DNA from: Octopus vulgaris
Taxonomy: Eukaryota
Assembly (NCBI GenBank): GCA_951406725.2
Contig: OX597824.1
Coordinates: forward strand, 5,332,001 to 5,396,000
Length of the DNA: 64,000 nucleotides
Reading direction: 5' to 3'
Each line of letters begins with the position of its first letter. Position 1 is the stretch's first letter. Below the pieces are notes generated by a model. That model searched no databases, was not told where the DNA came from, and saw only the letters and a program-made list of their open reading frames with translations. Made by a program: the position numbers and the translations under genes. Shown here one piece after another: positions 38,498 through 52,245 of the stretch.

Positions 38498-39418
38498 TAA
38501 GTAATTAAGGGTTTAGCAACGATTTGCCTCACCACACACCGAATTTAGAAATGATCGATTGTCGTCATTTTCTTTCTCTCTTGCCTGTCTGTGTTTGCCT
38601 TTCAAGTGCTGTGGCTTTACTGAGATCTCCCTTTTAGTAGAAAGGAATAGCTATAACTCTTTGACTGCTATTTCTAAATTCGGTGTGTGGTGAGGCAAAT
38701 CGTTGCTAAACCCTTAATTACTTAGTATTACTTAAACTTTCCTCAAATGGGGCTTTTACATGCCGAAATCTACTTGGTGAAATTGATAATTATTCCAAAT
38801 TAATTAATTTCACCCTACATTATTACTGATAACCATATTTCATCTCGGTAGATGACCACAACATCTTGTCTTGGCTGCACGCTGGTAGGAAGGGGCTGGT
38901 GACACAGACTTTCATTCACACTTTAAATTTGGCGATACTAGGAATGGCTTTAGCTCGCTCTGATACTATCAGTTGAGATGATGTCTTCTAGTACCGCGAA
39001 ATTTAATATACAATTATTCATAATTGTAGTATCCTACGCTGATGAGAAAAGAAGTTGGGTAAGACAGGATTATCTAATTCTTATGCTTTCCTAAAACTTG
39101 ATTTCGAAACGTACGTCCGTAGGTGACTTTTTATTGTATGATCGATTGTCGTCATTTTCTTTCTCTCTTGCCTGTCTGTGTTTGCCTTTCAAGTGCTGTG
39201 GCTTTACTGAGATCTCCCTTTTAGTAGAAAGGAATAGCTATAACTCTTTGACTGCTATTTCTAAATTCGGTGTGTGGTGAGGCAAATCGTTGCTAAACCC
39301 TTAATTACTTAGTATTACTTAAACTTTCCTCAAATGGGGCTTTTACATGCCGAAATCTACTTGGTGAAATTGATAATTATTCCAAATTAATTAATTTCAC
39401 CCTACATTATTACTGATA
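38494..39418 (+). mobile_element. Non-coding PLE/retrozyme-like element: 587-bp unit in partial tandem with a 5' inverted segment
   Basis: 281-bp direct repeats 38551-38831 and 39138-39418; 38494-38552 is the reverse complement of 38670-38728; (TA)n on both sides; internal hammerhead. Confidence 0.85.
39033..39123 (+). ncRNA. Type I hammerhead ribozyme with intact core
   Basis: Stem I CCTACG/CGTAGG, CTGATGA (39039-39045), long stem II opened by GAAA/TTTC, GAAAC (39106-39110), palindromic stem III ACGTACGT, GTC cleavage triplet (after 39117). Confidence 0.85.
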
Positions 39419-40238
39419 TATATATATGTTCTACAATGCATCAATATATTTGATAAAGTGATACAGTGATGTGTATAATGTCTAACTACCTGTTTTGAAT
39501 AGAAGCTATGACGATATCAAACTCTAATATTCCTGCGGTTATAAGAATCATATACTCAGTTAGAATATATATTTTAAGCCATGAAATACATCCGTTTGTA
39601 TGGAAGTCTACTTTAGTATCTAGAAATATTTTCTTGAGAGTGCTCCAAAAGTCGAAGGAAGCCTCTATGTGGTCGTCCTACCTTCCAGAAATAGAAGTCA
39701 AATTTCCTTTATATTGCATCCTAGCGAAACGGAGATAACATAAAATATCTGATATTCACAATGAAATGCTTATGATACACATAAATATGTTGATTTTAGA
39801 GTCCCTTGGTTATTTTAAATCCCCTTCCAAGTGCAATGAATGAGAAGAAACCTTAATAGTTTAAAATAGCTTCTTTGGATTAGGTTTGCCTGTTTTAAGA
39901 TAAACTGCATGACAATGGAATATTATTGTTGGCACCCTTTTGTCTCGGGAGACAATGGAGTTGCGCATAAAAGTTTTGCGCAGGTCTGGGCTAGATGTAA
40001 GAAAATCCTGGGTAGCCCAATCATAAGGATTCCTCTCTCACCCTTGCTGACGTAGTTCAAAGGTGTGCAGAACATTAGGTTTGGCACCAGTTTGGTTGTA
40101 GGAACTGCTGGAAGAGTGTTGAGTCGAACACTAAACCGCCTACGGGGCGCCACTCCGGATTTCTTTAAAGGTTTCTCCTTTCCGAACACACACAAACACA
40201 CACACGCACACACACACCCAAATGAAAGGGTCTGAAGT

Positions 40239-40380
40239 CATTAGTGCAGCTGGGAGGGGGGGGGGGCGCTCCGCCCCGGGCGGCACTTTTCATCCTGTTG
40301 TAGGCGATTACTGTAGGCAATATGTGTTTATTTGTGGGGAAGGGTCGCCCTTGGCGGCACACACACTAACTACGCTAGTG
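40239..40380. mobile_element. Possible short MITE
   Basis: Degenerate 13-bp terminal inverted repeats CATTAGTGCAGCT / AACTACGCTAGTG around a GC-rich interior. Confidence 0.4.
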
Positions 40381-40927
40381 CCTGATTTTAAAATAAAGCA
40401 CAAAAACCAATTATTCGGGTTGAACTCTGAACTGAAATGATACTTTATTTATCCATCCCGAAGAAGTAACAAAGACAGCTCACCTCTAGTGTGACTTGAA
40501 CTCGCAGTTCGCAGTGCAGATAGTCATAACAAAAACCACATGCCAGTCAGTGAGAGGAGCTAATATTTCTGCCAGTTTGCTACCCGAGCCAGTGTACGTA
40601 CTTCTTTCTATACATAAAAGCATAAATCAATCTTTAATCCTCATATCAAGTGAAATAAAATAGCGCGGAATCGAACTTGCTTGAATCGCAGATCGTAAAC
40701 CTGTGTCAAGCAAAGAGCTTTCGGCATCGTTACTTATTTAAACACCTCATATGTGAATACGGGATTATCAAAGGGACGCTGGCCGGGCGGACATAAAATG
40801 CAACACTGATCGCGTTAATATCTATTATAGAAGCATAAAAAGAGAAATAGTTGGGAGTCATTAGTTTGTCATTAATTTGTGTGTTTGATCACTTTTCACA
40901 CAAGTCGTTTATCCTCAACGAAACCTG

Positions 40928-40963
<36 letters not shown>

Positions 40964-40991
40964 ACACGCACGTATATATATATATGTATGG

Positions 40992-41063
<72 letters not shown>

Positions 41064-41195
41064 AATATTAGGGAATAAATCCAAATTTACAGGGAAAAAA
41101 TCAGATTTAGGATTAAATCCAATTTTTTGACTTTTTTTTATGTATTGATTAAGTCTTTCCTTGTTTGTTTTGCAAAATAGTGGTTTTGTCTCTAA

Positions 41196-41317
<122 letters not shown>

Positions 41318-41335
41318 CATATATATATATATAAG

Positions 41336-41550
41336 TATGGCCTAGTGGTTAGGGTGTTGAACTCACGGTCGCACGATCGTGGTTTCAGTTCCTAGGCTGG
41401 GTGGTGCGTTGTGTTCTTGAGCAAAACACTTCATCTCACCTTGCTCTGCGATCACTTCGACACCTGATGCGTGGCACACGGTGCACCTGTTCATAAAACG
41501 CCGATTTGGGAAGAATGTGCTAATGTGTGGCAAAAACATTTGATCACACA
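41336..41550 (+). mobile_element. Diverged tRNA-derived CORE-like SINE
   Basis: TGGCCTAGTGGTTAG A box, GGTTTCAGTTCC, TGTGTTCTTGAGCAAAACACTT core-like motif. Confidence 0.7.
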
Positions 41551-42193
41551 CATATATTTGATTAGATATATGCGTATATCTCTATATATAAAACTGAGCA
41601 AGTGTGTCTGTGTGTCTGAATGTGTGCATCACTAAAACTCGAGAACTACCCTACGGATTTCATTCAAATTTTGCACATACGTTACTTAAGGGCCTTGGAG
41701 TGCTATGGGCCAAAAACGGTTACAACTTCTTACCTGATGCGGGCTTGGAACAATCTCTTACACTGGTTCGGTATTCCGCTTCAAAAGTGAAACAATAACA
41801 TCTATATTGTAATGATATAATACTTTCACTTTTATATTGTTTCATATCGTATCAGTTGCAACGTTGCAAGGTATTTACAGTTACTCTTAAATTAACATTT
41901 AATAAATGTGCTTTGTCTGTCTGTGTGTCTGTCTGAAGTCACAACTGTCTGTCTGTTCCCAATGCATTCTACGTCACATTCTGTATATTCGTGTCTGTCT
42001 CTCTTAGCGTATGAGTCTCAGTATATGAGTGTGTACGTGTCTGTCAGTATCTGTGCGTTTCCGCCTTCCACGACAACATCACATTTTATATATGATTGTC
42101 TATGCTTGTGTGAGTGTATGAATGTGTGTGTATGTGTCGCGGTGTAGAGTCTCTCTGCGCCTTACGTATGTTATTCAACTCTACACATACATA

Positions 42194-42519
42194 CAGGAGC
42201 ACTCCGTCGGTAACGACGACGAGGGTCCCAGCTGATACGATCAACGAAACAGTTTGCTCGTGAAATTAGTGTGCAAGTGGCTGAGCACTCCACAGACATA
42301 TGTATCCTTAACAAATTTCTCGGGGAGATTCAGTGTGACACAGAATGTGACAAGGCTGACCCTTTCAAATACAGGTACTACTCATTTTTGCCAGCTGAGT
42401 GAACTGGAGCAACGTGAAATAAAGTGTCTTGCTCAAGGACACAAAGCGTCGCCGGGAATCGAACTCACGACCTTACAACCGCGAGCCGAATGCCCTAACC
42501 ACTAAGCCACGTGCCTTCA
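42194..42519 (-). mobile_element. SINE with a CORE-like head and the family C1 3' module
   Basis: TGGCTTAGTGG / GTTCGATTCC boxes, TGTCCTTGAGCAAGACACTT; 3' half matches 18455-18630; TSD CTACACATACATA at 42181-42193 and 42520-42532. Confidence 0.85.
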
Positions 42520-43923
42520 CTACACATACATATACATATGTGACGACTGACATGCTTTAATGTACACCATTTCCATATCCAATCCAAGGAAACGACAATA
42601 CTCATTACTTAGCAATTAATTAGTCAATGATTTGCATAAATCATATGCATCCGGAATTTAATTTATTGATGAAGTTTGTACAGACCTCTCTTGGCCCTAC
42701 CTGAGATTCGAAATCGCGTCTAGAAATTCTCCCTACTCATACTGCCTATTGTTCTGTCAACGAGGAATGCAGATCTATGTGCTTTGCGCTTCACTCTTAA
42801 CCTTTTCTAAGCCATCAACACTTGAAATGGATAACGAGTCACCTCCGTTCATTTACCATTGTTTCAACGATATATCTTCTCTATATGTGTGTGTCTCTGC
42901 CTATCAGTGCATGTGTGTGTGAGTGTATGAAGATGCATGCATCTGTCAGTGTGTGTGTGTGTGTTTCCGTGTTCGACGACAGCGTTACATTTTCTACATG
43001 AGTGTCTATGTGTGTGTCAGTGTATGAGTATGAAGGTGTCTGAGTGTGTGTGCGTTTCGGCGTTATAGCACACACACACGCACACACACATCTACACATA
43101 CATAAACATATCTGGCGACTGACATGCGTTAACGTACGCCTTTTCCCTATACAATCACAGGATACGATGGCATTCATAGATTACACGAAATTCTTTGCGT
43201 GTCTGCTTGTAATGACAACTGTCTGTCACTTTCTTTCCAATGCATTCTACGTCGCATTCTGTATATGAGTGTGTAAGTGTCTGTCAGTGTACGTGTGTGA
43301 GTTTATGAGTGTGCACATGTGTATGTGTGTGTGTTTGTTTCCGCGTTTAACGACGACGTCACATTTTGTATACCCGGAATTTAAGTTACTAATCAGTTCT
43401 GTACAAACCTCGCTTGTTCCTACCTGAGATTCGAAATCGAATCTACAAATTCTCCCTACACATACGGTCTATTGTTCTGTCAAACACGAACGCATATCTA
43501 CATGTTTTGCCCTTGACTCTTCCCTCTTTTCTATGAGATGGAAAGTTGAAATGGATAACCAGTCAGCTTCATTAATTTACCAATTGTTTGAATGCCATTG
43601 TTTAAACGATATATCTCCTCTTTCACCTGCTCTGCATACTTAGAAATGCAAGCACTTCCAACTAAACCACAACAGGCAGGTAACGTCATGCCCTGAAGGA
43701 AGAGTTATTCTATTGGCCGAAAAACTGCGCAAGCAGCGAGATCAACTGCAAAGAGGGTAGATGAATCGTTACTGGAAACTTCTATTAGACGCTCTCAAAA
43801 TGCTGAACGCACAGCCATTACAAGAGCACTCGAAAACGATGACCACCAACGAAACACTAGCCTGGCAAGAAATGCAATAACAATCGCTAATGCACGAACG
43901 ATAGAGACTGAACACTAGCGTCA

Positions 43924-44298
43924 GTGGAGGCACAATGGCCCAATGGTTAGGGCAGCGGACTCGCGGTTGGAGGATCGCGGTTTCGATTCCCAGACCGGGC
44001 GTTGTGTGTGTTTTTTGAGCGAAAACACCAAAAGCTCCACGAGGCTCTGGCAGGGGGTGGTGGCGACCCCTGTTGTACTCTTTCGCTCCAACTTTCTCTC
44101 ACTCTTCATTCTTGTTTCTTGTCCCCGACTTCCTACGCAACCGCTGAGTCTGGATGCGCATTCATCCATCCGTCGATGCTCTCGGTGTTGGGGGTTGACC
44201 TGCTTTCTCTTCTGCGGGTCTTACGAATAGCAAAGGACCACGTTTCGGACTTCTCCCACTCTGCGACGAAGACCGTTCGCTCAAAAAACAAACAAACA
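43924..44298 (+). mobile_element. tRNA-derived SINE, variant C2 (family C head, third 3' module)
   Basis: First about 190 bp match 18251-18440, then unrelated; (AAAC)n tail; TSD AACAC(T/C)AGCGTCA at 43911-43923 and 44299-44311. Confidence 0.88.
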
Positions 44299-44800
44299 AA
44301 CACCAGCGTCAACTCCGACGGACCGCTGATGCCAACTGCCGCTGCACGAAGATGTCAACTGAAGCTGCACAAGCTGCTCGGACCCAACACCAACGTATAT
44401 ACATCGCCAGAAAACTGAAACTGCGTCAACTACTGCCGCACGAGCTGCCCAGACATGAGACAAGCGTAACTATCGCCGGAGCGGTGATGCCGCATCGACT
44501 GCTGCTGCTGCTGTTGCCCAGACCAAAGAGTAACGTAAACCTCGACGGGCCGCTATCACTTGTGGAATTTCCACTCAGGAAAGGTTCAGCAGTAAGCCTT
44601 CTCTCCAATGATGAGGAGAGAGGAACTCTTTGATTAATCTGAGGATCTGTCAGACGGTAAGGGAGCCGCTGAATAAGTTTAGACACTTTTCCTATTTCAT
44701 GTGTTTTATGTGTTTGATGAACGAAAAGTAACTTGAATTAAACTACTTTGCTTAATTCCTGTGCAACGTGCTGTGAATTTTTCCTAAACAACGGTTTTCA

Positions 44801-45030
44801 GCGAGCTGGCAGAAACGTTAGCACGCCGGGCGAAATGCTTAGTAGTATTTCGTCTGCCGCTACGTTCTGAGTTCAAATTCCGCCGAGGTCGACTTTGCCT
44901 TTCATCTTTTCGGGGTCGATTAAACAAGTACCAGTTACGCACTGAGGTCGATATAATCGACTTAATACGTGTGTCTGTCCTTGTTTGTCCCCTCTCTGTT
45001 TAGCCCCTTGTGGGTAGTAAAGAAATAGGT
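44801..45030 (+). mobile_element. SINE family B
   Basis: Near full-length match to the family B head, core and tail. Confidence 0.9.
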
Positions 45031-45044
45031 TTTCAGAAGCTCAA

Positions 45045-45300
45045 TATTGCCAAAGCGTGAGCAATTTGATTGAAGGGAAACTACAAGAGAAAAGGTACCT
45101 GTGCGAAACTGTCCAAACCATTGTTGGCACATCTAGACTTTTAAAGCCCCACAAAGTGGAATGGCTACTGCAGCGAGTATCACTGACCATTCTTCGCGGC
45201 ACAGTCACCAAGGTTATGACCGCGGAGCGCGGATGACCACCCCTCTTGTTCCGGGATATATCAACCATCCCAGTCCGTGGTCTGTTGCTTTGCCAACACA
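45045..45300 (+). pseudogene. Possible 3' end of a CRE-like non-LTR element
   Basis: Translation EWLLQRVSLTILRG resembles the C-terminal QRLSxAIxRGN motif of CRE-type elements; short and diverged. Confidence 0.4.
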
Positions 45301-46627
45301 TTTTTTCTCTATTTTTTTCTCTTTTTATTCTTTCCCTTTTCATCATTTTAAAACGCGAATTGAAATAAAGTTAATGTAATGTTAAAGAAAAAAAAAAAGA
45401 ATTTTAAGCCAGTATAGTGTAAAATAATCTGCAAAGAAAGAGAAAAGAACGTGAAAATGTATAAATAAATGCTTATTTTACTGTAAGTATTCATAAAATA
45501 CCCTCAAAGCAATCGTACCAAATATGCGACAGGCTTTTCTTTCCAACATAATACATGTGGCGATAACCGCATTATATGCACTCTTGAGAATCATTTCACT
45601 CGTATTTGTATGTGATCGAACTATTAACGTAATAAGTGTAATGCGATAAAAGTGTGATTTGATAACAGAGATGAAAGGTTATGTTGGATAAGATCAAAGG
45701 TTTCTAATGGGAGGAAAAATCGAAAACTAGCTGCGGGATATTAATTACATGGTGTTACAGCGATTTTGATTTTGCCTGTGTGAGGTCCTGATCACAATGC
45801 TTCGCGACGAAACAATACGGGGCAAGATGATCTTAAGATTACAGTGCAAATTTGTAGAGGCATAACAGTATGATACGGTGTCAAAATATGTGCTAATTAT
45901 TTAGATAAGGGAGAAAGTGATAAAACTGCAATAATTGGAAGTACTAATTATAAACAAGAAAATCTTTAAAGTGATGGGTTCAACAGTTGTAATAGTTTTA
46001 GAGAAACAAAACAGGAATATAAACTGTAATCATAATTGAAGTATTCGTTATTAATCTAAAGACATTGTTAATCTAACAAGTCAGAGTTTGCAGTTAGGTG
46101 CTGATGAATATAATGGTATCCAGCAAGACAAGCTGTGATAGGTTAGAAGGAATTATTAAAGCAGTATGAAAGGAAATAATCCGGTGCAGAGGGCAAATAG
46201 AGTATGAAGCAGAATAATTCATCAACTTGGAAGATGTATGTAAGAAGGTAATATTTATAGAATCAGTACAGCCAAATGATATAAAAGTTCACTTGGCATC
46301 ATGAGATCCCACGGCATGACGCTGGAGCATCTAGCATCTCCTTGATCGACTCAGGGATTAATGTATAGTTTCTTTCTATGTTCATAATTAAATCAATGTT
46401 TTAATGATTAGACAAAGGTCCAATAGAATAGCTCTCAGAAACAGACTACGTACAAATTCGTTCTTCACAACTCCTGAAGCTGTTTTCTGACAAGGGTGGG
46501 GTAAGTCAGGAAATTTTCATACAGCTGGAGGCTCCAATCGAAACAGGGAACCCGAAATAATAAGGTTGAGAAACGCTATTATAGAATATGCCTAACCAAA
46601 AACGATCTCAGCCACATCATCCAAACA

Positions 46628-46657
46628 GACCGGGTGAAACTGGGCTTAGCTGCTAGT
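46628..46657 (+). mobile_element. Helitron-type 3' terminus
   Basis: GC-rich hairpin-like CCGGGTGAAACTGGG a few nt upstream of CTAG|T. Confidence 0.5.
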
Positions 46658-48509
46658 ATATCTATAATTGAAGGGCCCAGCCTTGTCACAATACCGTGTC
46701 ACGCTGATTCTTGTTGAGTATTACGTAAACGGTGGACATGTCCACAAAATTTTACTCGCAAACCCGGTGATCGATCAGAAGTTGTGATATAAGCTCTTGC
46801 CTAGGATGCCGCGCAGCAGGTTTGAACTTTAACATACGTAGTTAGGAATCGAACTTCTTAACCACACAACTACAATTGTGCTAAGGTTATATTAAATATG
46901 CATGCAGTCTTTGAGTGAGAAAAGATGTTAAGAAGAGTTCTGTCCGTACATCTCAAGCACGATTATTTACCAACTCCCAAACGATGAAACACCGGATTGC
47001 TCCCTCGGTAGGATTTGAAATCAGAGCGTAGATAACCAGATAACCGGACCAAATACCTCCAGGTATTCTAGCCAATGTTCTGACGATTCTACTAATTCAC
47101 AACAACCTTTTTTATATTGCATACAACTAGAAACAAGAGCAACAAATAAATAAATACAGTCTTATACTGTTCTTCAGTTGGTGGTTTAATATCTTATCGT
47201 CTTGTCTAACCACATTTTTCAAAATACATAAAAGCGAGAAAGAAGGAAAAAAGATCGCAAAGAAATCAAATGGCTGACAGCAAATGAGAATGTGCTGTCG
47301 AAATATATTTACAATAAACGTTTTCATATCTTCCTGTCCAGAGAAGGCGAAGACAGAGAATATTTCGATAGACATAACCGTTTGGTAATATGCCAAACGT
47401 ACAAGCGGACAAACAATGTAGATAAAGATACGCGGGAATGGTATGTAGCGATGATGGTAATTAATATAGAGACAGATAAAAGAATTTAAATAGAAGTGGT
47501 CTGATACAATTGTTTAAGGCTATAAAGAGGGTCTGTGTACTTTAATTGACGCATCGATTAAGTCTGTGTAAAGCATAAACCAGGAGGAGATAGAAAAAGT
47601 AATGAGATAACAAGTAACCCCGAGTAAGTTGAAATAGATAAAATATAGAGAATGGAAACAGACTCAGAGCCAAGAAGAATAACGGAGCAAGTTACGCATG
47701 AAACGATGGCAGTGAAGAATTTTAACAGGAAAAAAGAACGAGAAGTCACTATTGCACACACACACACACACACAGACGCGTCACAGTACACGTGCAACTA
47801 CGTACAAATATGATGCATATATATAGGATGGAAACGAAGAGAGTTCAACATACGGTCCATTAGGGTCGTCACTCGCAAGCGAGCATGTACATGCGTTTGG
47901 TAGCCATGTTGCCGTGAGCAGATATAGATACATTGTCGATCATTTTATCCTAGATCTAGTGAAACATCCGGAAACATCCTAGGAAACATCCTAGATCTAG
48001 TGAAACATACTGGAAGAAGATTGGGCTGCACCAGAGTTCGGTTGATTCTAATTTTCCTTTAAGTGGACAACATAAAAGGAAATACCTTTCTCAAGTATAT
48101 AACCTGCAATTCTACCCAAAATCGGGTTCGCGATTCTACCCGGCTGCAGGATAGGGAGGAAATCACACTGACCCCATTGTGTACATGCACACAAAAAACA
48201 GGATGGCGAACCGACAAGGAAATCTCTGTGGATATTCAAGTTGCTTTATCAAGCAACCATATCTCGCCAGAAATAAACTACTATCTTAAGAAGATGACGG
48301 AAGACATTGGATAAGAAATTCGTCTCGGCTACAAAAAAAAAAAAAGACAAAAAAATGATAGAAAGTGGATGTCGTATGTTTGTTCGTTGATAGTTGATCT
48401 GAGATTGTATCGCAACAACAACTAGAACAATAATATGAATAAGAAGAGCTGTAGCAACGGATAAGATTACGACAAGCAGAAAAAAAACAGTTTTTCCGCG
48501 ATAAACTTC

Positions 48510-48537
48510 TTTGTATATATGTGTATCTATATGCGTA

Positions 48538-48600
<63 letters not shown>

Positions 48601-49037
48601 TTATATATGTGTATATATATATGTGTGTATGTATATATGCATATATATATATATGTATATATATATATATTCACATATATATGTGTGCGAGTGTATGTGT
48701 GTATGTATATTCAGATATATAGAGAGAATGGAGAGAAAGATCGAAACACATGCTCCTAATCCTAAGTATTGCAGAGATAGCCATGACGTAATCGAACCGT
48801 GAGATGTGTGGCTTACTGCTTTATGCTTCATCAGCCACGGATACTGAGTCCGTCGTTTATAGTCAATTATACATATGTGCGGGTGTAGGTGGGTGGGCTT
48901 GGGTATATTTATTAATGTGCATATATACAGACACAGGCAGACACTCACATATCTATGCATCTATGTATGTATGTATCTACCCGAGTGTGCATATATATGT
49001 ATATATATGTATATACATATATATGTGTATATATATG

Positions 49038-49102
<65 letters not shown>

Positions 49103-49262
49103 AATATATAGGTGTAGGAGCTGCTGTGTTAAGTAACTTGCTCACTAACCACATGGTTCCAGGTTCAGTCCCACTGCGTGGCATCTTGGGCAAAGGTTTT
49201 CTAATATAGCCTCGGGCCGACCAAAGTGAAATTGGTAGACGGAAACTGAAAGAATTCCGTCG

Positions 49263-49329
<67 letters not shown>

Positions 49330-49559
49330 ATGTATATGTATGTATATGTTTGTGTGTCTGTGCTTGTCCCCACGACATCATTTGATGGCCGATACTATTG
49401 TGTTTACGTTCCCGTAACTTAGCGGTTCGGTAGGGTAAGTACTTCGCTTACAAAGAATAAGTTTTGGGGTTGATTGGCCCGACTAAAGGTGGTGTTCCAG
49501 CATGGCCGCACTCAAATAACTGAAACAAATAAAAGAATAAAAGAATATGTATATATAAA

Positions 49560-49602
<43 letters not shown>

Positions 49603-49645
49603 AGAGAGAGAGAGAGAGAGTGAGTGAGAGAAAGAGAGTGAGAGC

Positions 49646-49678
<33 letters not shown>

Positions 49679-49682
49679 TGAG

Positions 49683-49716
<34 letters not shown>

Positions 49717-50545
49717 AAAGTGTGAGTAGATATGTAGATAGACAGAGAGATAGACTCATATACAATAGGTTTCTAGAAGGGCAAGAAACACAGAAAGTAA
49801 TGATACGTGTAACTTTATGTTCTTCTGCTTTCAATGGAGTCCATCAATCAACAAACATCCAATGTTAAGTGTATTTTACATGGCGCGTTTTTGCATCACT
49901 ATTCATGCCACCATCTCCCTCTCCCTCTCTCCACTCCCTCGCCCTGTCCTTTTCTCTCTCTCTCTCTTTCTATTATACATCTACAGATTATATAAAACAT
50001 CATGAGTCTTTCTGCTTGTGCGCATATGCGTCTGTCTGGCGTTACAAGATTCCATCCACACTGTGTACACACCGAACCAGCTTGTAATCGGCAATAATAA
50101 TACGACAGACGGTTTGCAGTCGCCTGTTATTACGGCGATTATGGTGATTATCAAGTCCAAATACATGAAAATATCTTGAAGGATATTTTAAGGTGATATT
50201 ATCTTTTGACCTCTTCTCTTCCAGTCTATGGCACTTCTGAAACATTTGCCACTTGACATTTACATTTATGCATACTTTTTCACTCTCACACGCATATGCA
50301 CATCCACACGCGCACACACATATCAGCGCGCTTACACACACACACGTTTATATATATGCAAATATTTAGCATCGGTGTGCACGCTCTCTCAGCCGCCATT
50401 TTGCCTTTGCTATTTCTCATTCTCCTTCAAACACAAGATAATACACATATCTTGCACAGATCATTACATATATATGTGTGTGTGTGTGTGTGTGTGTATG
50501 TATATTTTATATATGTATGTAAGTATATACATGTGTATATGAATG

Positions 50546-50578
<33 letters not shown>

Positions 50579-50640
50579 AATATGTATATATATATGTATA
50601 TATATGTACATATATATATATATAGACATATATATACGTG

Positions 50641-50710
<70 letters not shown>

Positions 50711-50854
50711 TACATATATGTATATGTGTATTTATCTCTGTAGATAGATCTATCTATATTTTATGTGTATGTTTATATATATATATATATATTTATATGG
50801 ATATATATATATATATATACGTATATTTGTGAATGTACACATACATACGTGCAT

Positions 50855-50913
<59 letters not shown>

Positions 50914-50937
50914 CATACACACACACACAGACACACT

Positions 50938-50991
<54 letters not shown>

Positions 50992-51030
50992 CACACCTAC
51001 ACACACGCACAACACGCACACCTATATATA
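48510..51030. repeat. Microsatellite-dominated region: (TA)n, (GA)n, (CA)n
   Basis: Directly visible; (GA)n block 49603-49712 contains a duplicated AAAGAGAGTGAGAGCG unit. Confidence 0.85.
49110..49544 (+). mobile_element. SINE family A
   Basis: Matches family A with internal (TA)n. Confidence 0.87.
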
Positions 51031-51577
51031 ATTAGATTCTGCTACATCTTACACAGATAGGTGTTATTTATCATCACCTCTTTCATTGGCAGGTGAGAAG
51101 GAAACAGCCTCCTTGAAGCCAGCACCTCATATCTTATCTCCTCAAGCATGTAAACTTTCCCTTCCACCAATTCAAGCAGAGAAAATTGCATTTATCCAGA
51201 ACACATCTCCGCCTGCAATATAATGCTATTTCAGTTCTCAAATGCTGGAGATCCATTTATATTTTGCACTCTCTTCGTGCACTGGTTCGGTCTCACACAT
51301 GTTTACGTTCTCATAGTGACATAGAAGACAGCGATATATATTTACACAACACTCGAACGCATACATGCACAAAGTTACACTGATATAAACACATAAACTC
51401 ACTTACTGACACGCACACTCGCATTATTCTAATGTAAAATATAGTCGAACATTATCTCCAAATATATTTAGATATATTTCCTGTGTACACACGTATTGCA
51501 CAGTTCTCTACCCGTCTGAATATCTGTCTGAATATCGGTGTGTTTGTACGCCTGTCCGATTCTCAATGCATAATCCA

Positions 51578-51657
<80 letters not shown>

Positions 51658-51759
51658 GTTTGTCTGTCTGTCTCTCTGTCTATCTATCTAACTATCTACC
51701 CACCCACCCACCTAACTACCTACCTATCTACCCACCTGCCTGCCTGCCTGCCTGCCTGC

Positions 51760-51796
<37 letters not shown>

Positions 51797-51798
51797 CG

Positions 51799-51865
<67 letters not shown>

Positions 51866-51875
51866 GTGTCTGTTT
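51578..51875. repeat. Compound tetranucleotide array (TATC)-(TGTC)-(TACC)-(TGCC)-(TGTC)-(TATC)
   Basis: Directly visible. Confidence 0.95.
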
Positions 51876-52245
51876 ATCTGTTTATCGATCCCACTCACTC
51901 TCCTCCCCCTCTCTCTCTATCAACGGATTTATCTCTTTCTCCCTCTTTCTCTAACCAGTCACTCATACTCTCTGTATGCACACACACACACACACACACA
52001 CGCATAACATGATAATATCATAGTTAACACCGTTTCTAATAGCAAATGTGTCCAACTGCATCTCCTGGAAATTTTGACATTTTTCATTACTTCTATGTAC
52101 AGGACAGGCCTGATGAATATCAATTTCTGGGGACAGGCACTAGCTGCTTTGGGCCGGACACATCCGCTATATCGAAAGAATTTGTAGAAACAAAATACCA
52201 CATCTAAGTTCCACGTTATTCAGTTTCTTTCTCCTGGAGACGTTG

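Larger units (their letters stand above)
41579..44560 (+). mobile_element. Helitron relic: 5' end, internal duplications and decayed Rep/helicase N-terminus
   Basis: A|TCTCTATATATAAAA start; decayed ORF from 43688 (MP*RKSYSIGRKTAQAAR...ETEH.RQLRR...AARAAQT) resembles the R/A/E-rich repeats at Helitron N-termini; interrupted by two SINEs. Confidence 0.55.

Noticed and set aside
48808-48840. CTGATGA with GTGG/CCAC pairing on the minus strand
   Set aside because: Stem II and GAAA are missing; at most a decayed hammerhead.
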